A stretch of 53,175 nt of DNA, from positions 1 to 53,175 of the IMG/VR virus record IMGVR_UViG_3300025652_000006; one strand, given 5' to 3'. The notes beneath the pieces were generated by a model, which made no database searches, had not been told where the DNA came from, and worked only from the letters and a program-made list of their open reading frames with translations. Shown piece by piece: positions 24,060-32,613 of this stretch. A program made the position numbers and the translations under genes. Numbering within the stretch: position 1 is the stretch's first letter; each line of letters begins with the position of its first letter. This stretch comes from a virus (Duplodnaviria; Caudoviricetes).

Positions 24060-24293
24060 TTAAAGAGCATGCCTGGGCGTCTTGTCTCCATCTCCCTCGT
24101 CGCGAAGGAGTCTGGCATCTTCTAGCAGTTCATCGCTGATGCTGGCGCCTTGCTCGCGCAGGACACTTACGCCCTCCTCTAGGTCTTCGCCGATTTCTAT
24201 CTCGCTGACAATCATCCCTGCACCTATGACCCAGAGCAGGTAGTAGGTGCCGTATTCCAGTACGATTTGCTGTGATTGGGTGTTGTTGGTCAT
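24060..24293 (-). CDS. Hypothetical protein
   Basis: ATG lies directly after copy 1 of the repeated promoter module. Confidence 0.6.
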   Translation of the reverse strand: MTNNTQSQQIVLEYGTYYLLWVIGAGMIVSEIEIGEDLEEGVSVLREQGASISDELLEDARLLRDEGDGDKTPRHAL

Positions 24294-24409
24294 GTTCTTA
24301 GGTAATGCACGCAGTGTGCCATACTTTCAGGCATGTCCTTTCAGGCACTTTGGCCAAAGTGTCGCTTTTCAGATCGTAGTCAAAGACGACACTGACTGAA
24401 AAAGCGACA
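24291..24409 (-). promoter_or_regulatory. ~120-bp repeated regulatory module, copy 1: inverted repeat plus sigma-54 promoter (24306-24321)
   Basis: TGTCGCTTTT...AAAAGCGACA inverted repeat, then TGGCAC-ACTGC-GTGCA and ATG; close copy at 25097-25215. Confidence 0.75.
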
Positions 24410-24607
24410 GTTACACGCACTGCGAGCAGTAGTAGAAAGTGGACACACAGGCAACTATGGATACACCTTGTACCTTAGTCCAGCCTGCCCGATCTTTGAC
24501 AGTGGTGTTCTCTGCGCAGGATGAACACTCCAGTAGCGACAGTCTGCAGGTCCTGCACACCTTGAGTACCTTACCTTGGACATACACAGGCACATGTACT
24601 AGGCATG

Positions 24608-24895
24608 TCATCCGAACAAGATCCGATCCTTTGCGGGGCCGTCAGCGTACGCTATGAGGGTCGCCCACTCAGATAGCTCATGCTGCTCTATACACTGCTC
24701 CGTGTACCCTTCAATCTGGTTGGGCATCTGGTCAGAGTAGTAGCTGTAGCCCTCCTCGTAGGAGATTACGTCTGTGGATGCGAAGGCCTCAGCCCAGTCG
24801 CACTGGCGGAAGTCTAGCCCGGTGAACTGATTCAATAGGTAGTCCAGTGCTGCTGATATGCGTGTTTCGATTTGTGCTTTGTTCATGATATCCAC
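24608..24895 (-). CDS. Hypothetical acidic protein
   Basis: 95 aa with a GGGAGG ribosome-binding site. Confidence 0.6.
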   Translation of the reverse strand: MDIMNKAQIETRISAALDYLLNQFTGLDFRQCDWAEAFASTDVISYEEGYSYYSDQMPNQIEGYTEQCIEQHELSEWATLIAYADGPAKDRILFG

Positions 24896-24901
24896 CTCCC
24901 C

Positions 24902-25099
24902 CTAGCGGTGGCTAGCCACTAGTTTGTTTACGATTCCGTTTGCTGCGCTGCGGTTCCAATGGTTGCTAACCATCTCATCAACGATTAGGTCAAGCTCGAC
25001 CTGCAGATCGTACCCGTTAATCTCTGCGACAAGTGCTCGGCTGATTGCGCAAGGGATTGAAGTTTTCTCGGAAGATGAAAGGTAGTCAAGTACGTTCAT
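24902..25099 (-). CDS. Hypothetical protein
   Basis: ATG lies directly after copy 2 of the repeated promoter module. Confidence 0.6.
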   Translation of the reverse strand: MNVLDYLSSSEKTSIPCAISRALVAEINGYDLQVELDLIVDEMVSNHWNRSAANGIVNKLVASHR

Positions 25100-25217
25100 G
25101 CTCTTAGGTAATGCACGCAGTGTGCCATGCTTTCTAGTACGTCTTTTTAGGTGCTTAGGCCAGAGTGTCGCTTTTCAGATCGTAGTCAAAGACGACACTG
25201 ACCGAAAAAGCGACACT
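25097..25217 (-). promoter_or_regulatory. ~120-bp repeated regulatory module, copy 2: inverted repeat plus sigma-54 promoter (25112-25127)
   Basis: AGTGTCGCTTTT...AAAAGCGACACT, then TGGCAC-ACTGC-GTGCA and ATG. Confidence 0.75.
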
Positions 25218-25218
25218 T

Positions 25219-25527
25219 TTAGAACGTTCCCCACGTCGTATAGCAAACGCCTGGCGTGATGAACGGGTGACACCCTGCCGCGTCAATCGCATCAAGGCAA
25301 AAGGGCATCGTGTCGATCTGCAGATCCGTTGCCTCAGCATTACAGTCGTGATCGGTACACTGAGTGGCCATATTGTCTTCGTAGCACGTGGCCGACTCGG
25401 TGAGGCCACACTCGGTCATCTTATCGCACCATGCCGATACAGTGGGCTGTGCGTTCTCCTCGAATGAGGGAGGGATGCCGTCACCGCATGCAGCGATTAG
25501 TAGGCAGATTGCTAGTAGTTTATTCAT
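25219..25527 (-). CDS. Cys-rich lipoprotein
   Basis: Lipobox LIAAC-GD with 8 further Cys; TAGGAT -10 box 6 nt before the ATG. Confidence 0.75.
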   Translation of the reverse strand: MNKLLAICLLIAACGDGIPPSFEENAQPTVSAWCDKMTECGLTESATCYEDNMATQCTDHDCNAEATDLQIDTMPFCLDAIDAAGCHPFITPGVCYTTWGTF

Positions 25528-25635
25528 GTCGGTATCCTAGTCTTTGCGCGTTACACTCAAAGTAGTATTTAAAGAAACTGCGGACGCTCTCTACATGGTG
25601 AGGCCCCCAGTGTATTCTGTTTCCTAGATATATTT

Positions 25636-25818
25636 TCATGCCAGCCCTACTTCCTCCTGAAGCCTCCGCCCGAAATTACCCTGTCCTGGCCGATGCAGTC
25701 TGTAGATCATCTGATCCCATTTTGTCCACACAGGATCCTTGTCCGTGTGGATACACCCTGCCGCTTCGTTGCATGCCTCGATAAGGCCGTACCGCTCTAC
25801 CTGTCCTCTATTGCTCAT
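25636..25818 (-). CDS. Hypothetical protein
   Basis: MSNRGQVER start, ATGA overlap. Confidence 0.45.
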   Translation of the reverse strand: MSNRGQVERYGLIEACNEAAGCIHTDKDPVWTKWDQMIYRLHRPGQGNFGRRLQEEVGLA

Positions 25819-25967
25819 AGTACACACCCAGAGCAAAAGCAGAGGCCATGGTGCTCAATATCAGTTGGTTTCTCTTTCATAAGAATTCTTAGGCTTTCTT
25901 TTGCATGTTTGATCTTCTCGCCATCCTCAATCCGGTGGCGGAACATTGTGATTAGTTTCTGTTTCAT
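25815..25967 (-). CDS. Small hypothetical protein
   Basis: MKQKLITMF...HGLCFCSGC. Confidence 0.45.
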   Translation of the reverse strand: MKQKLITMFRHRIEDGEKIKHAKESLRILMKEKPTDIEHHGLCFCSGCVL

Positions 25968-26132
25968 AGTCTGTTCTCTGTCCTGCGATCGCGTCGCTCT
26001 TTGATGGCGAGATCCGCGCATTCGGCAGGACTGGTAGTCGTCCAATCCTTGGTACCTGTCATGAAGGCAAGGTATACGCGCTCCCAAAACGAGATCTCTT
26101 CTGTTGTCAATTGTAGTTTGCTCATGTTTTCC

Positions 26133-26294
26133 TTACCCGAACTCTACGAATTTGCCGTCTGAGTCAAATAACATGGCCCAGTTTAGGTGGTCGGACCCTC
26201 TGCCTTGAAGCACCGTTCCGGAACCTGTACGTACCTCCTCAAATTCTACTTCAGCTTCACGTAGCATCTCTAAAACACTATCTAGGTTTCTCAT
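26133..26294 (-). CDS. Small hypothetical protein
   Basis: MRNLDSVLE... with an AAGGA ribosome-binding site. Confidence 0.55.
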   Translation of the reverse strand: MRNLDSVLEMLREAEVEFEEVRTGSGTVLQGRGSDHLNWAMLFDSDGKFVEFG

Positions 26295-26296
26295 GT

Positions 26297-26662
26297 TTAT
26301 CCTTCCACCAGCTCTACAGCGCACTCGTAGCATACCCGCTTACCTCGGAAATCCGCAAGGTCTTCCGACGCACACTCAGGGTGTACATGTGGGATCGGCT
26401 CTGGCTTGATATCGGCGCAGCAGTAGCACACGGTGCTTTCGAGGTACTCTTCTAGGGAATCGACGATCGTACCGTAGTCAATCTCTGAGGCCAGGGCCTC
26501 ACACACCATTGTAGTGACGTCCTCCAACGTGTACCAGCGTCCCCTGACCTGTGCTGAGAACAGGACCTTACCTGTCATCGTGCGGCTGATAACACGACCA
26601 TCAAAGTCCTGTGCAGCGTCGACAAGGTAGCTAAAGATGTACGGTGTAATTGTCGTTTCCAT
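26297..26662 (-). CDS. Hypothetical protein with C-terminal Cys motifs
   Basis: 121 aa; TTTACT-17-TAGTGT-6-ATG promoter. Confidence 0.65.
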   Translation of the reverse strand: METTITPYIFSYLVDAAQDFDGRVISRTMTGKVLFSAQVRGRWYTLEDVTTMVCEALASEIDYGTIVDSLEEYLESTVCYCCADIKPEPIPHVHPECASEDLADFRGKRVCYECAVELVEG

Positions 26663-26668
26663 TCCTAA

Positions 26669-26751
26669 ACACTAGCGCCTTCTGTCATGCAAGTAAAGCG
26701 CAAAGAAAAGTATTTTTAGCCATTGCTTGCATCCTATAAGAAGAGTACTGT
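26669..26751. promoter_or_regulatory. Divergent pair of leaderless sigma-70-type promoters
   Basis: Minus strand TTTACT-17-TAGTGT-6-ATG(26662); plus strand TTGCTT-17-TACTGT-6-ATG(26758). Confidence 0.6.
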
Positions 26752-26757
26752 CATGAC

Positions 26758-26961
26758 ATGAACAAGACATACTACGTGAGTGAACACAAAAACGGCCCAG
26801 CAGGACCTTTTAGAAAGGTCAAGGCAGCGTCCCTACAGGGCGCCAAGACAATTGCCCAGCGTGAGCGCGTAAGTGATGACACGATCCTCACAGTCGCCAA
26901 TAAGTCACGCAGGGTTGTTACCAAGCGCATCGGCGCACGGTGGATTGCGTTGGGGTGGTAG
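26758..26961 (+). CDS. Small basic hypothetical protein
   Basis: 67 aa with a KAASLQGAKTIA motif; first gene after the promoter. Confidence 0.65.
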   Translation: MNKTYYVSEHKNGPAGPFRKVKAASLQGAKTIAQRERVSDDTILTVANKSRRVVTKRIGARWIALGW

Positions 26962-26963
26962 TG

Positions 26964-27212
26964 ATGAAGTCAGACAAGTACTATAAGGCAGATCTTGAAC
27001 TCTGCCCATGGTTAGAGGGTACGACGATAGGCGACATACTCGACATGCCAGAGGTCAGCGGCCTTGAAACGGCCACGTATGCCAGTGGTGAGGTCCGTAT
27101 TGTCGTATTCCCCACCCGTAAGGGGAAAATGTGCGGCATGCTACAGGATCAGCTTGAGACAACATGCCACGTATACCTTACAGGCCCTTGGACGGTGGAG
27201 ATCGCATCATGA
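26964..27212 (+). CDS. Hypothetical protein
   Basis: Coupled ORF. Confidence 0.6.
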   Translation: MKSDKYYKADLELCPWLEGTTIGDILDMPEVSGLETATYASGEVRIVVFPTRKGKMCGMLQDQLETTCHVYLTGPWTVEIAS

Positions 27213-27577
27213 GTTTCCTAGACATGTTCAGATCCCCCGGCCGTAAACTGACTGCAGCAGAGGACCTGGAAATCAACGGTCAGGGTGAGACATTTGCTGA
27301 GGAGATGATCCGGATCGCAAAGGAGAACCGAGATCGGGGGCACAATACACAGGTCTCACTGGCATACAACGCAGCGCTAGAGGACATAGCAGAGCATGCA
27401 TCCGATGGACTGGAGTACTTTAATTTCGCGTACCACTATAGTGGTATGGGGGAACCACAGCGTAGGGTAGTGCGAGAAGTGGCAGCCAAGATCAAAGGCC
27501 TAGGTTTCAAAGCGACCACGAAGAAAAAGAAATCATTTGATGACGGGTGGATCATCGACCTTAAGGAGTTACCGTGA
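27209..27577 (+). CDS. Hypothetical protein
   Basis: MSFLDMF start with a GGAG ribosome-binding site and ATGA overlap. Confidence 0.65.
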   Translation: MSFLDMFRSPGRKLTAAEDLEINGQGETFAEEMIRIAKENRDRGHNTQVSLAYNAALEDIAEHASDGLEYFNFAYHYSGMGEPQRRVVREVAAKIKGLGFKATTKKKKSFDDGWIIDLKELP

Positions 27578-27801
27578 CACTAGATAAAGAGGAGAGGGCC
27601 ATATGGGCAGCGCTGCAGGAGCACACTTTTATGGCGTACTCTAAGACGTGCTACCACGTCATGTATGGCGTGCGTCTTGTGTACGGGGAGGCCTTTGTGT
27701 ACCTGTTTGAAAGCAGATACAGGGCGGATCGGTTTGTTGGGAATGTAGGGTACTGCGCTACAGTGTTCGGATACCATCGTGCAGAAAGGATAGAGCCATG
27801 A
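27574..27801 (+). CDS. Hypothetical protein
   Basis: AAGGAG ribosome-binding site, GTGA overlap. Confidence 0.6.
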   Translation: MTLDKEERAIWAALQEHTFMAYSKTCYHVMYGVRLVYGEAFVYLFESRYRADRFVGNVGYCATVFGYHRAERIEP

Positions 27802-27983
27802 GCGAATTCGATAAATTTATCCAAGCCGTTGAGAATGAGGAGATCACCGGTCGTGGTCTTTTAGCGGCATCACTTGAGCACCGTACGGCATTGCGGATCG
27901 CATTTGAGGCGGGGCAGAAGGCACCTAAGGACCTCCATGTCGCGATATGTGGATCGCTATATCGTCTGGGATCAGATGGTTAG
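27798..27983 (+). CDS. Hypothetical protein
   Basis: ATGA overlap. Confidence 0.55.
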   Translation: MSEFDKFIQAVENEEITGRGLLAASLEHRTALRIAFEAGQKAPKDLHVAICGSLYRLGSDG

Positions 27984-28341
27984 AAAATGCACAGCATGCG
28001 GCGCCGATCTTATCGAGGGGATCACGCCATCATCACCCGGGTGGTGCTCTGCTGAGTGCGATTTGCCCTTTAAGATCACGGTGCCGGAGAACTTTGTGAT
28101 GCCGGACATGTGCAACGGATATGCACGTGCGAAGATTGACCAGAGCATGACGTACTTCATCAGTGAGAACCACGCCGATAGCGGCTCACTCAGCGGACAA
28201 TGGTACGTAAAGACCAAGCCCACACCGGGGTATAAGCCAGCACAGATCTTAGGTGCAAAGGTAGTAGATACCTACCCTAGGTACAACGCTGTAGATCTAT
28301 GTCACGAGGTGGACGGCGTTCCGATCACATGGACGTGTTAG
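27976..28341 (+). CDS. Hypothetical protein with an N-terminal zinc-finger-like motif
   Basis: CTACG...WCSAEC. Confidence 0.6.
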   Translation: MVRKCTACGADLIEGITPSSPGWCSAECDLPFKITVPENFVMPDMCNGYARAKIDQSMTYFISENHADSGSLSGQWYVKTKPTPGYKPAQILGAKVVDTYPRYNAVDLCHEVDGVPITWTC

Positions 28342-28801
28342 GCCTAGTCAGCACAGCAATACCGTAGTAGAGCCCTCCCTCGTGCACGTCACGGCGGGGG
28401 GCTTTCCATCGTTTGAGTATTGTCTTTGGCAGCAATGCCCAACGGCCCTGACCGGCCTTATTCCACTCCTCACGAGCAGGATCTAGGAGCCACATACGAG
28501 GACCGCATACGCCGGCTACACATACCCAATGCTGCCAGGCGTCGACACACATGATCAGCGGTGCGATCGGTGAGCGGTCGACCAGCCACGCGCGCGCATC
28601 GGCCTTGCGGTTGGTTTCGAGCACATCCCATTGACAGCCCAAAGCGTCCAGAGCGTCAGTCATTTGCTGCTCGTCTGTGCCTTCTAGGCCGGTACCTAGG
28701 AGCCCGGCTAGCCGTCCCTGACCTATCCGTGCTCCGTGGATCTGCAGGGCAGACTGCAAAGCGGCAGGCCCGCACCAGTGAGGTTTTTGCTGATAGGCCA
28801 A
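28325..28801 (-). CDS. C39-like (papain-fold) cysteine peptidase
   Basis: YQQKPHWCGPAAL (Q...C), QHWVCV (H) and LLDP (D); stand-alone gene with TATACT 6 nt before TTG. Confidence 0.85.
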   Translation of the reverse strand: MAYQQKPHWCGPAALQSALQIHGARIGQGRLAGLLGTGLEGTDEQQMTDALDALGCQWDVLETNRKADARAWLVDRSPIAPLIMCVDAWQHWVCVAGVCGPRMWLLDPAREEWNKAGQGRWALLPKTILKRWKAPRRDVHEGGLYYGIAVLTRPNTSM

Positions 28802-28873
28802 GAGGGAAGTATACCGCCGAAATCAGCGGATCGGGTTTCTCATTTTATTTTGCTAGAAGGCTGATTTTTCTTA

Positions 28874-28976
28874 AATAAAACTATAGACTCAGAGAGACCT
28901 TAGGCGGTTGCCCGACGGTTTTCCCCTTGGGGGGTCAACCTAGAGGCGCCACGCTTGGTCGACTCTGTAGTCTACA
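28874..28976 (-). ncRNA. Structured small RNA, family copy 3
   Basis: TATAAT (28984-28989, minus strand), the TGTAGACT...AGTCTATA hairpin, then GTTTTATTT. Confidence 0.7.
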
Positions 28977-29013
28977 TTATTGTATTATAGGTCTTTTACG
29001 TGTAGGGAGATGT

Positions 29014-29304
29014 ATGCTAAGAGAGAACGTGACACGAGGGCACCAGGGATTTATTTACCGCGTAGCCGAAAGACTCCATAGGCATGACGCCCCAGGTGAG
29101 CTGGCAAAAGCAATAGAGCATGCCAAGGCTGAGGGGATGGATACAGAGATCCTCACAGCACTCTGCCTGTTAGTCGTGTGGAGAGACCGCACCTTTGGGG
29201 AACTGTGGCCTATGATAGAGCAGACACGCAGAGGCTGTTTAGATGTTGCCAGCGGTCTGGCCGCCAGCGGACTCTGTAGAGCATCCCAGATAGCACCAGT
29301 GTAG
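29014..29304 (+). CDS. Hypothetical protein
   Basis: ORF after the divergent region; start uncertain (29014 or 29029). Confidence 0.45.
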   Translation: MLRENVTRGHQGFIYRVAERLHRHDAPGELAKAIEHAKAEGMDTEILTALCLLVVWRDRTFGELWPMIEQTRRGCLDVASGLAASGLCRASQIAPV

Positions 29305-29569
29305 GTGGGCGTATGACAAGAGCGATAGCAAACAATGTAGTTTTCAGATGGATGGTAGGGCGCCTGTATGCTCGGACCTTCATAGCTCACATAACAGAGT
29401 ACCCTCCGGCGGGATACGGGGACTGTCTGTGTACTTCCTGTAAAGTGTGCAGATGGCACATGAGCAAAATGAAGCCTGCGCTACCTGAGGCACGTCTAAT
29501 TAAATAGACGCTACAGTATTTGCAGAAAACTACACCCCTGCTGTAATTTCTATGCTAGGCTAGACCGTA

Positions 29570-30676
29570 GTGGTCACTCGCATTGACATTGGGGAGCTAA
29601 AAGCCCCACGCGTACGCGCAGATGGTAGCCTCATTGTAGAGGCCCTCCTTACGCGTAGTGGTGTCTTTGAGTACCGTAACGATGACGGCACGCCGCGATT
29701 TGAGTACCGCCCACCTGCAGAGGTGTTTAAGGCTGACTCGATGGCTACATTCCAGATGGTCACGGTCACGAATGATCACCCTACTGAGATGGTCGACACT
29801 GAGAATGCTCTCAAAGTTGTAGTCGGCACAGTTGGCGAAAACGTGCGCAAGCATGGTGACCACGTAGCCGCTCCTTTGGTCATCTTTGACGCGTCCACAA
29901 TTGGGGACCTCAAGGGTGGCAAGCAACAAGTCTCATGTGGCTACCACGCTGACATGGTCGAGACTCCAGGCGTTACGCCCGAGGGAGTTTCCTATGACGC
30001 GATCCAAACAAATATTCGCGGCAATCATGTTGCCATTGTAGACATCGGCCGAGCTGGCCCTGACGCACGGATCCGAATGGATGCCGGGAAACTAGTAACG
30101 CCACCAAAGGCACACAAGGATACTAAAAACATGGATCTCATCCAAGCACTACAAAAAGTTGCCGAACTCACGGTAGAGAATACTGCTGAGAAAGCCCGGG
30201 CCGATAAAGCCGAGGCCGATCTCTCCGTTGCCACAGCCAAAGCCGACACGGTCGAAGCCGAGCGCGATGTAGCACAGGCAAAGGTTGACTCTGCCGAGAA
30301 GGCACGTACCGATGCAGACGCTAAGCGTGACGCTGACATCAATGAGGCTGTACAGCTTCGCACGGTAGCCCAGGCCCTTGTGCCTGATGCTGATGAGGCA
30401 GGCCCTGCCCGCTTCGATGGCAAGACAAACAAAGAAATTAAGGTAGCTGTAGTCGAGGCCGTTCACGGCAAATTCGACGCAGAGAAGTCTGACGACTACC
30501 TGCAGTGTCTTTATGACATCGCTGTCAAAGACGCAGCAGCCGGAGACGGTGCACTTGATGCCGCTAACGCTACCGGAAATCTCACAAAAGCAACCCCAAA
30601 AGTTGACGCAGAAGATAAAGCCTACGCCGACATGATGGAACGAAACCGAAACGCCGGTAAAAGGACCTCTAAATAA
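29570..30676 (+). CDS. Prohead protease-scaffold protein (DUF2213 type)
   Basis: TRSGVFEY, VTNDHP, QVSCGY and NHVAIVDIGRAG, followed by a coiled-coil scaffold region. Confidence 0.9.
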   Translation: MVTRIDIGELKAPRVRADGSLIVEALLTRSGVFEYRNDDGTPRFEYRPPAEVFKADSMATFQMVTVTNDHPTEMVDTENALKVVVGTVGENVRKHGDHVAAPLVIFDASTIGDLKGGKQQVSCGYHADMVETPGVTPEGVSYDAIQTNIRGNHVAIVDIGRAGPDARIRMDAGKLVTPPKAHKDTKNMDLIQALQKVAELTVENTAEKARADKAEADLSVATAKADTVEAERDVAQAKVDSAEKARTDADAKRDADINEAVQLRTVAQALVPDADEAGPARFDGKTNKEIKVAVVEAVHGKFDAEKSDDYLQCLYDIAVKDAAAGDGALDAANATGNLTKATPKVDAEDKAYADMMERNRNAGKRTSK

Positions 30677-31185
30677 TGCCTGTTCAAACTACATTTTCCA
30701 CCACTCGCACAGCTAGCCGAGAAGGCACCCTAGACGGTACCGGATCCTACAGCGTCGAGCCCCTTCGCAACGATGAGGCATCTGCCGAGATTGCTTTCGG
30801 CGTAGCCGTTAAGCAGGGCAGCGCAACAGACGAGCGCTCAGCAAAGCTCCTTACCGCCATCACAGGCGAGAAGGTTGCCGGCATCGTGCTCTACCGGGAT
30901 GAGTACGATACCACTCAGCTCGGTACTACAGGCATCCTGCCGACATACGAAGTCAACGTAGTTCGCCAAGGCCGTATGAAAGTCATTTGCGAAGACGGCT
31001 GCTCTATCGGTGACCCTCTCCACGTGCGCGCAGTTGCCGCAGGTGCAGAGCTTGCCGGTGCATGCCTCGCTGCCTCAGACGGTACCGACACCATCGATTG
31101 TTCGGCTAACGGCCAGTGGCGCACAAGCGCAGCAGCGGGCGAAATCGCTGTCCTCGAATTCGATTTCACCAACTCACCTACCTAG
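30676..31185 (+). CDS. Head decoration / cement protein
   Basis: IAFGVAV and VVRQGRMKV; located between scaffold and capsid genes. Confidence 0.75.
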   Translation: MPVQTTFSTTRTASREGTLDGTGSYSVEPLRNDEASAEIAFGVAVKQGSATDERSAKLLTAITGEKVAGIVLYRDEYDTTQLGTTGILPTYEVNVVRQGRMKVICEDGCSIGDPLHVRAVAAGAELAGACLAASDGTDTIDCSANGQWRTSAAAGEIAVLEFDFTNSPT

Positions 31186-31196
31186 GATAAGTTCTT

Positions 31197-31598
31197 ATGG
31201 GCACTCCCCTACCAAGTCTAAATCAGGAGCCGTTTGAGTTTTCATTCTCACACGACTCTCTCACCTCTAGTGAGGTACGGGTAGTGTTATCTGCCCGCCG
31301 CAAGTTTGTTATTGACCGAGCAATCTATGTCAATGACGCGGGCCTAGCTGAGGATGCCGCTAACTTCTTTGCTATCTCTCTAGCTATCAAAGAGCCAGGT
31401 GGTGCCTTTGTTCAGTCTCACTTGTTCTCAACTGAGACAGGCGAGGGCGGGACGATCGCAGCAGCCACGCCTACCACGGTCCCAAAGGTCGGAGTGGCCA
31501 CAGGATCAGCACTCTCACAAGTACGCCTCTCTTACACCGAATCAGGCACAGCAACGCTACCAACCGGGCGCCTCCAAGTCGAAGGCCGTTACCTCTAA
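31197..31598 (+). CDS. Putative virion structural protein
   Basis: 133-aa beta-rich ORF in the head operon. Confidence 0.6.
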   Translation: MGTPLPSLNQEPFEFSFSHDSLTSSEVRVVLSARRKFVIDRAIYVNDAGLAEDAANFFAISLAIKEPGGAFVQSHLFSTETGEGGTIAAATPTTVPKVGVATGSALSQVRLSYTESGTATLPTGRLQVEGRYL

Positions 31599-31607
31599 GG
31601 ATCATTT

Positions 31608-32543
31608 ATGTCACTCAAGAACTACAATCACGAATACTTTGATGCTCCTGCTAACGCGTTTCTTCGCCGAGAGCTTGAGTACGTACGCACCAAGATGTAC
31701 GAAACCCTATTCCCTCAGTTTCAGGCGCGTAGCCTTGTCACTGTAAACCACGAGGTGCCGAACTGGGCCGAAGTCGACACGTTTAACGTGATGGCTGAGT
31801 ACGGTGAAGCGAAACTCGGTGGTGGATACACGACTGCACCCCCACGTGTCGGAGTGTCAATCAGTGACGTATCGGCAGGCATCAAGCCAATCACTGCAGC
31901 TTACGGATGGAGCCTTACAGAGCTTCGCAAGTCAGTTGCAACCGGTCGCCGACTCGACCAACTCAAAGCACGCGTTGCGCGCACGGTAGTTGAGCAACTG
32001 ATCGACCAAACGATCATGCTCGGTAGCTCTGCAGAGGGTCTCGCTGGTCTTTTCCTTCTCTCCGGTACCAACACACAGGCACCTCTTACGGGTGCGGTCG
32101 ATGACACTTGGGCGAACAAGACCTCTGACGAGGTTATCGCTGACCTTAACGCACTTAAGAATAAGTCTGTTAACGTCTCCAAGTCTATCTACTCTGTAGA
32201 TACGATTGCGATGTGTACCCTTGACAAGCAATTCCTTGAAGAGCGGCGCATGCGAGACTCGAACAACACGAGCATTCTCGATCACTTCCGAGGCGTCAAC
32301 CCTGGCATCGAAATCAAGGACTCTATCTTCCTTGAGTCAAACACAGGCTGGACTGGCACCCGCATCATGGCTTATTACAACTCACCAGAGTTTATCGAGT
32401 CTGTCATTCCGCAGGAGTTTGAACAACTCGCACCACAGACAGTCAACTACGAGACTGTTATCAACTGCCACGCACGTATCGCAGGCATCCGCCTTCCGCA
32501 CCCTAAGAGCGTTACGTACATGGATAACGTTCAGTCCTCATAA
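31608..32543 (+). CDS. Major capsid protein (DUF2184 / encapsulin-like HK97 fold)
   Basis: FLRRELEYV, YGWSLTELR and ARIAGIRLPHPKS; size and position fit. Confidence 0.9.
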   Translation: MSLKNYNHEYFDAPANAFLRRELEYVRTKMYETLFPQFQARSLVTVNHEVPNWAEVDTFNVMAEYGEAKLGGGYTTAPPRVGVSISDVSAGIKPITAAYGWSLTELRKSVATGRRLDQLKARVARTVVEQLIDQTIMLGSSAEGLAGLFLLSGTNTQAPLTGAVDDTWANKTSDEVIADLNALKNKSVNVSKSIYSVDTIAMCTLDKQFLEERRMRDSNNTSILDHFRGVNPGIEIKDSIFLESNTGWTGTRIMAYYNSPEFIESVIPQEFEQLAPQTVNYETVINCHARIAGIRLPHPKSVTYMDNVQSS

Positions 32544-32565
32544 GACATACTCTTAGCTTAGGTCT

Positions 32566-32600
32566 AGACCTCCGCTGCCTTTGGTGGTGGGGGTCTTTTT
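32566..32600 (+). terminator. Rho-independent terminator after the capsid gene
   Basis: AGACCTCCGCTGCC-TTT-GGTGGTGGGGGTCT followed by TTTT. Confidence 0.75.
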
Positions 32601-32613
32601 ACAAGGATACCAA

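Noticed and set aside
24291-25217. CRISPR mini-array or attL/attR pair
   Set aside because: Only two long imperfect copies with genes between them. There is no integrase or cas operon, and the Cas4-like nuclease is a common phage replication gene.
12501-28997. Three-copy element as a MITE/REP or a DNA cruciform origin
   Set aside because: No target-site duplication or transposase, and strand-specific G-U pairing with a promoter and U-tract favours RNA. A single-stranded DNA role is not fully excluded.
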